A stretch of 63,184 nt of DNA, filler included, from Piptocephalis cylindrospora (taxonomy: Eukaryota): assembly GCA_003614145.1 (NCBI GenBank). It is 10 parts of 10 records of this genome, joined end to end, with 100 filler letters (N's around TTAATTAATTAA, not from the genome) between each part and the next. Parts side by side here need not be neighbours in the genome. Positions count along the whole stretch, not along the records: positions 19,097 to 25,322 come from KZ988304.1; positions 25,423 to 31,645 come from KZ988305.1; positions 31,746 to 37,960 come from KZ988306.1; 7 more parts are not named here. One strand, 5' to 3'. The notes beneath the pieces are model-generated. The model was not told where the DNA came from. It saw only the letters and a program-made list of their open reading frames with translations, and did no database searches. Of this stretch, positions 21,693 to 34,272 are shown in pieces (the stretch's first letter is position 1; each line of letters begins with the position of its first letter). The translations under genes and the position numbers were made by a program.

Positions 21693-22409
21693 ATGCGATA
21701 CTCTACCCTTATTTGCCTGCTAAATGCTTCGGCGCTCTTGCTGATAGCTCCTCCTATCCACGCCTTTACCCGCTCTGATGAGCCCCTCACACTCTCTAAT
21801 GACTCTTCAGTCTCCATTAAACCCAACTATGTGACATTGAGATCTGCAAAAGCAGTGGGGATGGTGGCCACTCCTTTGGATTCAACGATTATGCAATCCG
21901 ATACCATATACAAGGGCACTACTCGAAGCGACGTGATTGATGAGGCCAGGGAGGACGAACGGGGCATCGAGGAAATGATCGAGAAGAAGCAAGAAGCCAT
22001 CCAGAACACCACGGAATCCATGGGATTTTGGCCAGAGGCTGACCCAGACGGGCCTGTGGACATAACCGACAGAACCCTGGCTATTGTGGGGGCGGATACA
22101 GCGCCATGGATGGTGGATGCACACGTCAAGGCCCAGGCCGTGCGACTGAACGGCATCATCGCGGCCATTTCGGCCAACCACTCCATGTATTGCGATATTG
22201 CGGCCATGGGAATGCGTCAATCCTGCCCTTCTTCTCAATACCATATCTACGCCAATGCCTCGGTCATCGAGTCAGTGGCTCCTTACTGGATTTCGTGGAA
22301 GTCATGGTGGAGAAAGTTGATTCCTTGCAACGGGACTTCCTCGGATGGCTCACCCTCCATGGCTGTCTTTCATTCTCCTCATCGTAATATCTCTGTAGTG
22401 TGTGTATGA
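21693..22409 (+). CDS. Secreted protein, tandem paralog B
   Basis: Signal peptide MRYSTLICLLNASALLLIAPPIHA. Shares TLAIV, HSxYC-x10-CP, IYANASV, WRxxxPC and HRxxxVxCV-stop with paralog A. Confidence 0.8.
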   Translation: MRYSTLICLLNASALLLIAPPIHAFTRSDEPLTLSNDSSVSIKPNYVTLRSAKAVGMVATPLDSTIMQSDTIYKGTTRSDVIDEAREDERGIEEMIEKKQEAIQNTTESMGFWPEADPDGPVDITDRTLAIVGADTAPWMVDAHVKAQAVRLNGIIAAISANHSMYCDIAAMGMRQSCPSSQYHIYANASVIESVAPYWISWKSWWRKLIPCNGTSSDGSPSMAVFHSPHRNISVVCV

Positions 22410-23048
22410 CACGGATGTGAATGGAAAAAACAAACGATTGTCCTTTTTTCATGCCTTTTTGGAGAAGGTATTTTTCCCTCTTGGAGAGGGAGAGGGAGAG
22501 CGAAAAGAGGAGAGGGGTTCACAACATCTTTTAGGGCACGTGCACATGCATGTAGATGTTTTAATCTGGTTGATAAGCACACGCGGGAAAAGACCCTCTC
22601 ACCTTCCTTGGATTCATCCTACAACATCTCACCTAAACATGCTTTATCCAGTGGCCACTCCACGTTCCTACTTCACAAGGATGTCTTTTTCCATGGATCT
22701 CCTCCTTTCGCTTACATTGTCCTCTCTGAGGATTGAACCTGAGAGTCCGCGCTTGCTCGGTCCTCATCCTTCCGACCTCTCATACTGGGCGTGTCGGGGA
22801 CTGCCACGATCTCCATTCTCCTGAAGCCACTCTCCCACACTCCGAGTCGTCTTCTTGAGAGAGGGGTGTCTTTGCATCAATTCGTCATGGGATCAACGTC
22901 TTCAAAGGCATAAATAGTTCATCACGGCCCATTCACGATTTGTTCGCATCTCTCTCTTCCATACACCATCATCTTGATCCTCCTACTCTCCTGAACATTC
23001 CCACTCATCTTTCCAGTCCGTCCCCCCATCAAACCGCCCTTCCTAACC

Positions 23049-23943
23049 ATGTCCACCACCACCTCTCAGCGTCTGGCCGGAAAGGTCGCCATCGTTACTG
23101 GAGCCGCAAGGTAAGTACAATAACCCTTCCTCGTACTCCTTTCATTCACTCACTCATTTTCTTTTCTACAGTGGTATTGGATTTCAGGCAGCCGTCTTAT
23201 TTGCCACAGAAGGCGCCAAGGTGGTGTGCGCTGACCTGAACTTGGCTGGGGCCCAGGCTGCTGTTGAACGCATTGCCAAGGAGATTGGAGAGGAAGGAAG
23301 AGCTGTGGCAATCAAGGTCGACGTCAGCTCGGAGGACCAGGTGCGTCAGTGTGTAGAGACAGCCGAGAAGCAGTTTGGTGGATTGGACGTCATGTTCAAC
23401 AACGCCGGTATCATGCACCCCAAGGACGACGATGCCCTGACCACCTCCGAATCCGTCTGGGATCTGACCATGAACATCAACGTCAAGGGTGTATGGTATG
23501 GGTGCAAGTACGCCGTAGAGGCCATGCGTCGTCGGGGAGGCGGCTCCATCATCAACACTGCCTCATTTGTCGCCATTGTCGGGGCCGCCACTCCCCAGTT
23601 GGCCTACACTGCCTCCAAGGGCGCAGTTCTTGCCATGACCCGGGAATTGGCTGCCGTACATGCCCGAGAGAACATTCGTGTCAACTCCCTTTGCCCAGGA
23701 CCTCTCAAGACACCTTTGCTTATGGAGTTTTTGGATACCGAGGAGAAGAAGGAACGTCGTTTGGTTCATGTTCCCATGGGTCGTTTTGGCGAGGCCATTG
23801 AACAGGCCAAGGCTGCCCTCTTCCTGGCCTCTGATGATGCTAGCTACGTCACTGGTACCGACTTTGCCGTTGATGGTGGTCTGAGCTCGGCGTATGTCAC
23901 CCCTCTTGGACAAACCACTAGTCCTTCCCCCAAGGGCTTTTAG
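23049..23943 (+). CDS. Classical short-chain dehydrogenase/reductase; intron 23111-23171
   Basis: Spliced TGAASGIG, then NNAG, catalytic YTASK, IRVNSLCPG and VDGG. Confidence 0.93.
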
Positions 23944-25422
23944 GGAGTTGAATGAGCCCTTTTGCCTATAAGGCCTTTTCCAGGCGAGATGGGGATGCAA
24001 TAAAAGATGTCATAATCTATCTTGTCGAGCTGTGAGATGGGGAAAAAATAACAAGTTACGCGTTCTTATATTAGAGTATATGATCTGACTATTCCATTTT
24101 ATTTCAAATAGGTAAATAACTGATTTCTCCCTCCCCCTTGCATAATGTGATTGAAATGCCATAGGAAACATTATATTATCTTCCAGATCGCATGCACGGA
24201 AGATATGTATTGTTCGGCTGGTCGCCCCCAGTCCTTGTGGAGTTGCATGTGCTGTTATCGAGTTGCTCGAAGATCCAATGAATTATCCCGGTCCATCCCT
24301 TTTCCTCTTGCTAACTTGAATGAATGAATTCTACAATGCAATTGGTGCGTTTCAAAATCATGAAAGATGCAAGAATGATTCTCTTAGAAGAATCCTATGT
24401 TTAGCATGGAAAATATATACCTTTGGTATCCGTTGTAGGACAATTTTGGACTCACCCAGTATGTTGAATACGATTAATAATCAAAGTGCTTTACAATCTC
24501 TACCTTTACTCGAAAGATCATTGTAAATTAAGAGCAATAGCAATGAATACAACTTGGCAGAGGTTTCCTGATGATACAATACTGTAGGTATACTAGTATG
24601 TATGAAGGCCCTATAGTCAAGGTCAAGGAACTAGCAAAGATTGATAGGTAACCCCATGAAAGTGCAACCCATCTAAGCATGAAGGAGCTCTGCCTGAATG
24701 GGTAATCAAATACGATAGAGGGAGTCTCTAGTGATGGAGCCCATGAAAGACATATAAAGAGCGACTTTTAGGTTGAGAAAAGAAAATGCTTGTAGGGATA
24801 TGTGCATAATAGAGGGCTCCATTGCCTCTAGTCCAAATCTGCTCCTTTCATTAGGATTATTAAAATACGTTCTTTCCGGTCAGCCCTCAGTGCATAAACT
24901 CATGACAGCTAAAGGCATGAACGCTCCGCTAAATTTGAACACCCTTTTTTTCTGCAAAGAATCACCGCCGAACGCCCCTCGAGTGTGTTTCCCCATAAGG
25001 TAGTACATTTTATACAACCAAAGAATGACTGCTCAAGTTGAGGCTGAAACAGATAAATCATTGACCCATCCACTTAAAACGCTGTTGAGTAGCGCCTACT
25101 ATGCACAAAGGAGTGTTTATCATGACCCCGTCCCTCCCTTAACCATGCACTACAAAGGGCAAGGACACCCTTGAGCCCCATGCAACATTATCCTTATTCT
25201 ACATGAGAACTTCAGCCCGATCCTTGTTCAAGTACTCCAAGTCTCCGCCCCTAGAATCACCTTGTCCTCTTCACAAAGACCGCCTTCTTCCTTTACCACT
25301 AACCCCTCTACATTCGTCCATGNNNNNNNNNNNNNNNNNNNNNNNNNNNNNNNNNNNNNNNNNNNNTTAATTAATTAANNNNNNNNNNNNNNNNNNNNNN
25401 NNNNNNNNNNNNNNNNNNNNNN

Positions 25423-27406
25423 ACTGGAGCTCCTCAGAGGCCACCTGATGATCTCTGCTGACCGACTCCATCTTGACGGTGGAGTCCTCGAGTTGACGAG
25501 CAGTGTCGTTGTGCTTCTCCTGGAGAGCCCGGAAATCCTGAGTAATAACTTGATGCTCGGAAGAGAGGCTTTCTATCTTGTCGTGGGCTTCACTTAGCAT
25601 CGCACTGCTCTCTTCGTATTGAGCACGAAGGACCTCAAGCTGGCTTTGAGTCTCAGCCTGTCCATTCGAGGAGGCTTCGGCCTTGGACTCAGACTCCTGG
25701 ACCTTGGAGCACGCCTCGTTATATCGAATTTGGAGGTCTGTGAGCTGAGTAGAAGCCTTCTGGTGCTCGGATCGCAAACTGCTTGCCTCGGCCTCAGCGT
25801 CCGTCAATTTGGATTTGGTATCCTCATATCTCTCACGAAGTTCCTGGAGCTGAGAGGAGACATCAAGATGGCCAGAAGACGTGGATTCCAGGGTCGAATG
25901 GGCCTCACTGAGCTTTTCCTCGACATCTTTCAACCGAGCACGATCCTCCTTCCATCCGGAGGTAGCTACCTCGTGCTCCTTACTAAGAGAATCCACCTGA
26001 GAAAGGGTGGTATGATGCTCCTGAGTGAGAGCCTCTAGCTGAGCCTTGGTCTCCGCCAATTGAGATGTGGTATCCCGGTGCTCCTTGGCGGAGGTGGAGG
26101 CTAGACCCTTTGCCTCATCGAGTTCAGAGGTAAGGGTATGAATTTTCTGCGTGAGAGATTCCATCTGGGCTTTAGCCTCTTGGTGCTCCTTTGTGGAAGT
26201 GCCCACTTTGTCCTGGGCTTCCTTAAGCTGGGAGGAGAGGTCATCATATTGCTGTGCCGAGAGGGATGCTTGACTCTTGGAATCCTCAAGCTGAGAGGAT
26301 AGGGATTGATGCTCTGCCTCTAAATCCTTCATCCTAGTCTCGGCCTCTGCGAGAGCCTTTGTCTTGGACTCGAGCATGGCAGATTGCCCAGAATGGCCTT
26401 CGGATAAGGAATTGACCTCTTGGACAGCACTCTTCCATTTCCCATCGAGCTCCATTCTCTCTTTGGTCCATTGAGCCTCAAGGCTTTGAACTTTGCTCTC
26501 TAATTCCCTATCCTTTTCAGTCAGCTGTGTGTTACCATAAGGGGTAGGGAGGTAAGTAAGGTTACTTTAAGGTTATCATCAGGACATCAGTTCCAGGGCT
26601 ACTGGACAATAAAGACCCACCTGAGAAAGAAGGGCAGCCTTTTCTTGGTGAGAAGCCTCTTCTTTACTGGATGAGTCATGCTCCAAGGTGGTGACCTGAC
26701 CAGTCAAGGTCGAAATATTTTCCTGAAGACTTGACAGCTGCTCTCGTAGGTCCTGAATGACCTTTCGTTCGGATGCTAGCTCTTTTTCGGCGGTCTCCCA
26801 AGCTAGCTCCATCTCCCGGGATGAGGAGGACGCTTGATGCAGCTCCATCTCAGCCCTTTCCCGAAGCTTTCGCTCGTGGGCCAAGTCAGACTTTAGGGAA
26901 GGGGAGTGGGCAGATCTTTGCGGGCTCCGGGAGGTCCCCCTTCCACGAGAGGAAGGAGACGGACTACGGGGACCGTCGTTCAGGGAAGAGATGCTTCCAG
27001 CGGAGGAGGGGGCTCGCGGTCTCTGGGGGGGGAGAGGGGATAGCTTCCAGCACGGGTTCCTCTGACACGGTGGGTGGGGAGGTTTGAATGGAGGGGATAG
27101 GGGTCACCGAGGCCTCATCCTTCTTTGAAGAGGCCTTCTCTGCGACTTCCTCGCCGGAAGTACCGAGGATGGGCTGAGGGCGCTCCTTGACTTCCTCGTC
27201 TCCATTGCTTTTGGGTGTCTCTTTAACTGTTCCATCTTTCTTGGCCTTGAAGTTTTTCAGCTACGTGGGTAGAAGAAAGGACGAATGTAGGCATCAAGTT
27301 AGTTTGGAAGGCTTGCTATACTGTGACATGTACGGTAAAATGAGCAAAAGCCCACCTTTTTCCTCGCCGCCTCCAGTTGCTTTTTTCGGACGTCGTCCTG
27401 AGCCAT
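25423..27406 (-). CDS. Long coiled-coil protein (golgin/AKAP-like N-terminus), 3'-truncated; introns 27261-27355 and ~26525-26620
   Basis: Spliced start MAQDDVRKKQLEAARKK|LKNFKAKK, a Pro/Ser linker, then more than 450 aa of heptad-rich sequence running off the contig. Confidence 0.75.
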
Positions 27407-28060
27407 GAGAGTGGAGGGATAAGGTAATGCGGAGCGGGAGGGAACGAGAAACTATGAGCAGACGAGGGGAGGGGCCGAGAGGATTGAAGAAAAGATGGGA
27501 AAGGTGGGATGTCAGAATGAGAGATATGAAAAAGGGTGAGAGTGGATTCGCAAGCGCGTTAAAGGTTTGATTGCCCCTTCTTTATGAGGGTCAGAGATGA
27601 GAGAGCCCAGCCAGTAGGGAAAGACGGGGTTTGACGGAGTCTGAATACTCTAGAGTTGAGCGTGGTAGCAGGAGAGTGTTCACCCTAGTCTCCAAGCTAT
27701 AGGCTGTATCGCCCCTTGTAGGATGAGTGAGAGGACATGTGAGATATGAAAGCCGATGAATTATCTCTTAAAATATGTGTAGAGGGAACAATATATTATT
27801 AAAACAATGTCCATCTATCCGATAATATGCTTATTTATTAAATGAACCATTATGGACTTTTAAAATGAGGAGTGACTTTTGCTCGATGGTCATGGTAAGG
27901 ATCCGCCTGATGGAGTGTATCCACGATTGACGCGATCTGTCTGTGCGAGTGAATGATTGTGGCCCACCACCATACGCAGTGTGCAGTTAGATACTCCGTG
28001 GTCCGGGTGAGGTCGGGCGATTGATCGCTCTTTCCTTCTATTCTATTTACACCTCTTTTA

Positions 28061-29907
28061 ATGCGCCCATTCGTTCTTGCATCGCTTTTGAGTGCCTGGC
28101 TTGTTGGCCAGGAGGTCCAGGGTGATCATCGTCATCGCGTGCACAATCTACCCCTGGCTCCTGGGACTCAACCATATGGTGCGCCCATGTACGCCGGTGT
28201 ATTGCCCGTACGCGACATGACGAACAGGACCACTGATACCGGACAGCCCCTGTCGCTGTAAGAACGGATAGAGGCTCAATTCCCTTGCCCCCACTTACCC
28301 TCATGATCTACCCCATAGGTTTTACTGGTATTTTGAAGCAGAGCATCCATCTTCACAGGAGCCTCCTTTACTCATGTATGTCGGACTTCCTTGTACCGTT
28401 CATTCCCCTAGGCCATCTCTCATACCACTCTTCCCTTATAGATGGTTACAGGGCGGCCCAGGAGCAACATCAATGATTGGGCTATTTCAAGAGGTGAGAA
28501 TGTTACTTCTATTTCCTCAGCCAGCTATGGATTGCTAACATTACCCATATCGATAGCTCGGCCCCTTTAAGATTACGCAAAGAGGCCTCGAAAGAAGGAA
28601 ATATTCCTGGACAGACACATATGATGTGGTATTTATTGACTCTCCCGTAGGGACGGGGTTTTCCAGGCTCCCCGAGATGAACTCACCCTTCAGGGCCCAC
28701 TCGAGCCCTTGGGATGGACCAGATAAGACTCGGCTGAGACAATGGTCTAGTCTTCATGAATCTTCATATACCCAGCCCCCATCATTACATGCAAGGGATG
28801 TGATGTGCAAGGATCAGGATTGCGTATCCCGGGACCTCATGGCGTTCCTTGGTCAATTCTACTCCCTTTATCCTCACCTTCGCAAACGGGATCTTTACAT
28901 TGCCGGGGAATCCTATGGGGGAAAGTACGTTCCTTCCTTTGCCACTGCCATCCTGGATGAGAATGATCAAAGAGAGAAAGGTAAAGAGAGAGGAGAAAGC
29001 TAGGGTGCAGTAGAGATACGGTCCTAAACCCAGAGTCACCTTCTCACGGAAACTTGCATATCTCAGCCCTAGATCAACAAAGTCTCATTCCTCTCAAGGG
29101 AATTGCGATTGGTAATGGCCTGACGGACCCGATCACCCAGGTGCTCACTCACCCGGCTCAGGCCCTTGCCTTGGGTCTGGTGGATGAGAAGCAAGCCAAA
29201 GTCCTGGAGGGATATGCAATCCGTTCTGCGGAGCTAGCCCAACAGGAGAAGTGGCTGACATCTCTCGAGGCACGTCTGACCATGTTCGATCTCTTTGCCA
29301 ATTTCACGGGCAAGGTGAATTTTTACGATGTACGAAAGGCCAACCAACCCAATGACTGGCGACCCATGCGTGCTTGGCTTAGCAGACGGGATGTGCAACG
29401 CGCCTTGAATATCCCTGGGTTCGGGAGCTTTCTCAAGACCCCACTGGTCGCCTTGGTCTTACTAGTAAGTGAGAAATGTGGAATAGGGCAGATAGGGAAC
29501 TTGGGTTTATTTACCCTTTCCACAGTGATGAGGAAACTTATTATTATTGTTATTATTAGGGAGATATCATGAAGCCCACTTCGTTCCTCTTCCCCCGACT
29601 CCTCTCCAGGATGCATGTCCTACTCTACCAGGGGAATTACGATTTTCGTGATGGAGTGATGGGGAATAGCCCATGGATTTCATCGTTGTCCTGGCCAGGC
29701 CGGCAGGGCTTTGCCAATTCTCCACGACAGGTTTGGAAGATAGGTAAAAGGGTCGCAGGGTATGTCAGGGAGTATGGACATCTTCGACGGGTGATCGTGC
29801 TGGGTGCGGGTCATCTGGTCCCGATGGATCAAGGTGAGGCCGCTCAGGTCATGATCACCTCGTGGATGGATCGGGTACAAGGGAAAAGAGGACGTACATT
29901 GTCCTGA
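28061..29907 (+). CDS. Secreted serine carboxypeptidase, family S10 (CPVL-like), multi-exon
   Basis: Signal peptide, WLQGGPG, FIDSPVGTGFS, nucleophile GESYGGKYVP, GIAIGNGLTDP, YQGNYD and GAGHLVPMDQ. Confidence 0.92.
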
Positions 29908-30047
29908 ATGAAGAGGAGGGGATAGATTGAATAGAAAAAGAGGGAAGAGGAATACACCTCATGAAACAGAGCGGATATGAATGAGCATTAAACACAGCAA
30001 ATATATATAAGGAATGGACAAAATAAAGAAGAAGGGAAACTACTCCT

Positions 30048-30642
30048 CTACTCAGAGAGCTGTCTTCTCATCTCCTGGAGCTCCTTCCGGAGGAATGCAT
30101 CGATATTCGAGGATTGCATAAACACTTCTTCCTCCCAATCCTCATCCAGCTTTAAGTAATCGGCTTCATCCTTCCACACGTAGGTCCAACCTGGGACTTG
30201 CTGAGATCCTACGGTGATGGGGACCATTTGACGGTCATATTCCTTTTGGGGAAGATGCTTAGAGATGGTATGTTTACCTCAACACTTCTCCTCTGTCCTT
30301 ACCTCGCCTTCGTAGATATCCAGGAGGTAGAGTTGTCGGTCGGTCAGGTCAGTGATCAGGACCCCAACCACCTGAGAGTTCCAATCTCGGGTGATGGCAG
30401 GATATGTGGCATGACGGAGGGCGCACCTCCTATAATTCTGTTGAATGGGCATTTCGCGGTCATGTCCAGGGAGGAGTAAGCGACGCGAATAAGCTCAACC
30501 TACCAAAGGTGGTACCTACCGGAAGGATAGCCACTTGGTATTTGGCGGTGTAAGGCTTATCGGTAATAAGCTCCTGGCTGAGGATCCGAGAAAGAATCTT
30601 GGGGGACATGAGAGTTCCATAAAAAAAGCAAGAATGTGACAT
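30048..30642 (-). CDS. AIG2-like / gamma-glutamylcyclotransferase family protein with introns
   Basis: N-terminal FFYGTLM. Later exons contain LLDIYEG and WTYVWKD...EDW. Stop TAG at 30048. Confidence 0.8.
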
Positions 30643-31538
30643 GGTATGAGATGAAGAGAAGAAAGAAGATGACTGAAGCAGCAATGCCCTGAGATCTATA
30701 TAAATACCCTGTCCTTGTACGTCTTCTCACCCCAATCCTGAGTGTACGAGATGACGAGGAGGAGAGGGATGTCGGACTTTCCTCGTTTGGAAGTAGTCAA
30801 GTGAGATGTGAGATGCATAACAGTAACAACAGCGATGTGGCCCTTTTTATCCCTAAATAGGCATTACCACTGCATCGGTATTATTATTAGGTATCGTCAT
30901 TCGATCTCTTCATAAACATGACCCCACGACCTCCACAAAGCATCATTGTCGACAGTATAATCATCATGTAGCGGCTTCCTCATACAGAACACGGATACGT
31001 AAGGAGCATCCGGAGCATCCGACTACATCCACCCCATCCTCTAGATCGTCCAGGGTCACAATGTAATCCTGGCCACAACGGCAAGGACATGTCCAAGTCT
31101 CGGATACTACCAAAAGGAGGGGATGTCAGAGGGGGGGGAGAGAATGAGGAAGCTGATAAAGCACTTCTCAAGGGCATGATCCTTGATCCACTACCCATCT
31201 TGCCTACCTTCATGATGATCCATCTCATCCAGATCCACTTCAGCGCTGACCACCCCACGTTCAACTCGATGACGCTCTGGATGTAATAATAATAGTATCA
31301 GGGTAAGTAGTGGAGTCAATCAATAAATGGAGATCTCCCATCCTTGATAAAATCCTTACCTGAAAGTTGTTGATCATATATGGCCCTGGATGATACGTCT
31401 CCCAGAACTTTCCATGCCTCGACAACCCTTTGTATCCGACCCTCGTCCATCTCGGATTCTCCATTCCTTTGCTTATCAGGATGGTGCTAGAGCATAAGGG
31501 ACATGAGATGATGTGGAAAAGAAATGGCCTGAGCTTCA

Positions 31539-31574
<36 letters not shown>

Positions 31575-31745
31575 TTCCCCCCCTCCCCCCCCCCTCCCAC
31601 CCCATCCTTTCCTGCTTGTTTCCTCTGCCTCTCCATCTATCCTACNNNNNNNNNNNNNNNNNNNNNNNNNNNNNNNNNNNNNNNNNNNNTTAATTAATTA
31701 ANNNNNNNNNNNNNNNNNNNNNNNNNNNNNNNNNNNNNNNNNNNN

Positions 31746-32271
31746 GTAGAAGGGCAGGCCACCTCTCCTGCAGCACAGCTCTATTTACCTGTCGGAGCAT
31801 GACCAGATCGACTGAAGCAGTATCTAAAGGAAATGTACCCTGGGCAATGTTCATACTGATAGGGGTACACCCCGGAGGGATGTATGGGGGGGTGGCTGGG
31901 GGGAATATGTCCAAGTACTTGACGTTGGCCTGAGGATAGAGGCGCCTTAGGTAGATCAGGGTGCCTAGGCCATGGCCGGTCAATAAGAGGATATTCTTGG
32001 GAGGGCTGGTGATGGGAGAGATGACGGGTCGACGAAGGATATAATCCACAATGTCACCCACAGGGAGTTCAGACTCAAACTCTGGATCAGTGAACCACGG
32101 GACAAAGCTCTCCTGGCTCTCTCCCTCCTCATCAATGGCCCCCTTCCTCTCTCTCATGAGCTTCCCCTTTCCCGGGAACCTCCATCCCTTTCGTGAGCTT
32201 CTTCCCGAACGAACGGACTTTGAACTATCCCGCGAACGGATAGACCCTAGCTTTGCCTGCACTGAGCCCAT
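31746..32271 (-). CDS. SAM-dependent methyltransferase-like protein, 3'-truncated
   Basis: MGSVQAK start; PKNILLLTGHGLG (motif I-like), VKYLDI, FPLDTASVDLV, ERWPALL. Confidence 0.55.
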
Positions 32272-33654
32272 GTTGGGCAGATAGATGGGGGCGGTGATGC
32301 GGTGGGAAGGGACGAGGACGAGGCACTGGCGAGATGAGGTGAGGGTGCTAGAGGAGAGAGAGGAAAGGATGCGGCAACTTCTGGTGGAGAGTGGAGAGAG
32401 AAGAAAAGACAAAGGGTAAAATACACCGGGATGCGCATTGGAAATCTCACGTCCCGTCTTATGTATGCCGGTCACGGGATCTGGCCTTGAGGAGTATACA
32501 CGGATGAAGGTGGAAACGTGGGGGGAGCTGAACGAAGTAAGAGAGATAGAGGGAGGATGGGATGATTATAGACGGGATGATCTATTGGCCCTTTTCGAAC
32601 CAAGTGAGTATCGGATATTTCACAACTGACACGACCTATTTTACCTCCGCTCCCTCTCCATTGGCTTCTTTAGGAGAGATGCACCCAATGGTCTGGCGGA
32701 AATTCTCTAGCTTTCCTGAGCTGAAGAGAGAAAGAGAGTAGGGGAGCGATGCATCGAAACTCCGCTCCCAATCGTGCTGAGATAGACAGTGTCAGAGGGG
32801 TGGAGACGAGTGAGAAACTGATAGGTGATCATTTCATATTTAGGGGAAGCGCCGAGAAGTGTGTGAGTGAGATGATCAGTACAGGGCGGAGGCATAGAAA
32901 TAGTCCTCAAAGCAGATGATCTTCCACCAGTTTCGGAGTGTTTTCCCCTTAATCTTGATCTTGGCAGAGGCATGCCATGACTAAGCCTGCTTTTTGGGAA
33001 GAATAGTTCCGTAAAGAGGTACTAGGTGGGAGGAAAGGAAAAAGAGGTTTAGCCGTGCCTTAGCAAGCGATAAATGAAGTGAAATACCCCGTGGGTCCTA
33101 TATCCTCGGGGGACGGATCAATGATTAAGGATGACCTGTCAATTGTATAAGCCCCGTATGATCAAAGGGAATGGGGCCCAGTGCCTGATTGGGATATCTC
33201 AGTGACCAAAAAAGGGTGGGGTTCAGTACTTTATGAGAAGATGCCTCAGTGATCATTATGGCATAGATGTGGTATCTAATGCAATGTAAAATTGGAGAGG
33301 TCATGGGAGGCGTCAATGATCATGGGCATTGTGGTGAGCGTCCGGTGTGGATCTATGGGATGCCAGGATGATCGAGTGAGGCTTGGATGTATAACGTGAA
33401 CCTTGCAAAGGCGTTCTATAGATCAAAGTCATATCTCGCCGTGATCAGGAGTGTGTCATGCCACGGCCGAGTCACTTCTATAAAGTTTCTGTATTGAGTG
33501 TTGTTGGGTCCCGAGGTACCCGATCCATCTTGGCTCCTGGTGCTGGTCCAGTGTGTGATGATGGCTCACACACACCGCCCTTGAGCATACTATTATTATC
33601 CACCACTGACAATCCTCAAAGATACTGATCCATTGATACAAACCCTAGAGAGCC

Positions 33655-34017
33655 TCATTGATAATAATCAGGCTTTCGAACATTCACACCGTACTCACTC
33701 AGAGCACTGGCTAGATCATCATTGGTAAGAACAGTTCTCTTATCCTTGCCATTCCTTCGGGCAGCTGCGGTTTGAGGTCTGACTCGAGCAAAACGGTAAG
33801 CATCGGCCACGACATCCGCTATAAACTTTTGGGCTGCTAAAGCCAGAAGTCTCTTGATCCTAGGGTCCGAGGTTTGAAAGCCAGCCTCAGAAAGATAATA
33901 ATCCGTAACCGTTTCGGGGATAACGGGCCGGTATGTGTCCATCAGAGAGAGGAGCTCAGCAAGCTGCCGTTCCCGTTCAGCATCCTCAGCATCCAACTCC
34001 TCTGTGGTGGGGCCCAC
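33655..34017 (-). CDS. TAF10: TFIID/SAGA subunit Taf10; true start unresolved
   Basis: Motifs MDTYRPVIPETVTDYYL, DPRIKRLLALAAQKFIADV and VLTNDDLASALSEYGVNVRKPDYY. Confidence 0.93.
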   Translation of the reverse strand: MGPTTEELDAEDAERERQLAELLSLMDTYRPVIPETVTDYYLSEAGFQTSDPRIKRLLALAAQKFIADVVADAYRFARVRPQTAAARRNGKDKRTVLTNDDLASALSEYGVNVRKPDYYQ

Positions 34018-34236
34018 GGTCGTCTGTGTGACAGGGGCCAGACTAGGAGATGCAGTGGCAGAGACTTGAGGGGGCGGAGGGACGGTCTTTGAAGGGCCTA
34101 AGGGGCCCTTTTACTTATCTGAAGCATGGTTTTTGGCATTGGATATGAGGGGAAAGAAAAGAGAATTTTTATATTTATTTTTTTTTGGTGTGTGGGGTGG
34201 TGTTGTGCCCCCCCCTTCTCTCCCTCCCTCCCTTTC

Positions 34237-34272
<36 letters not shown>

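Noticed and set aside
33564..33629. Possible C/D snoRNA (GTGATGA...CTGA) containing ACACACCGCCC, which also occurs in SSU rRNA
   Set aside because: The rRNA match is in the sense orientation relative to the boxes, there is no terminal stem, and no correctly positioned guide was found.
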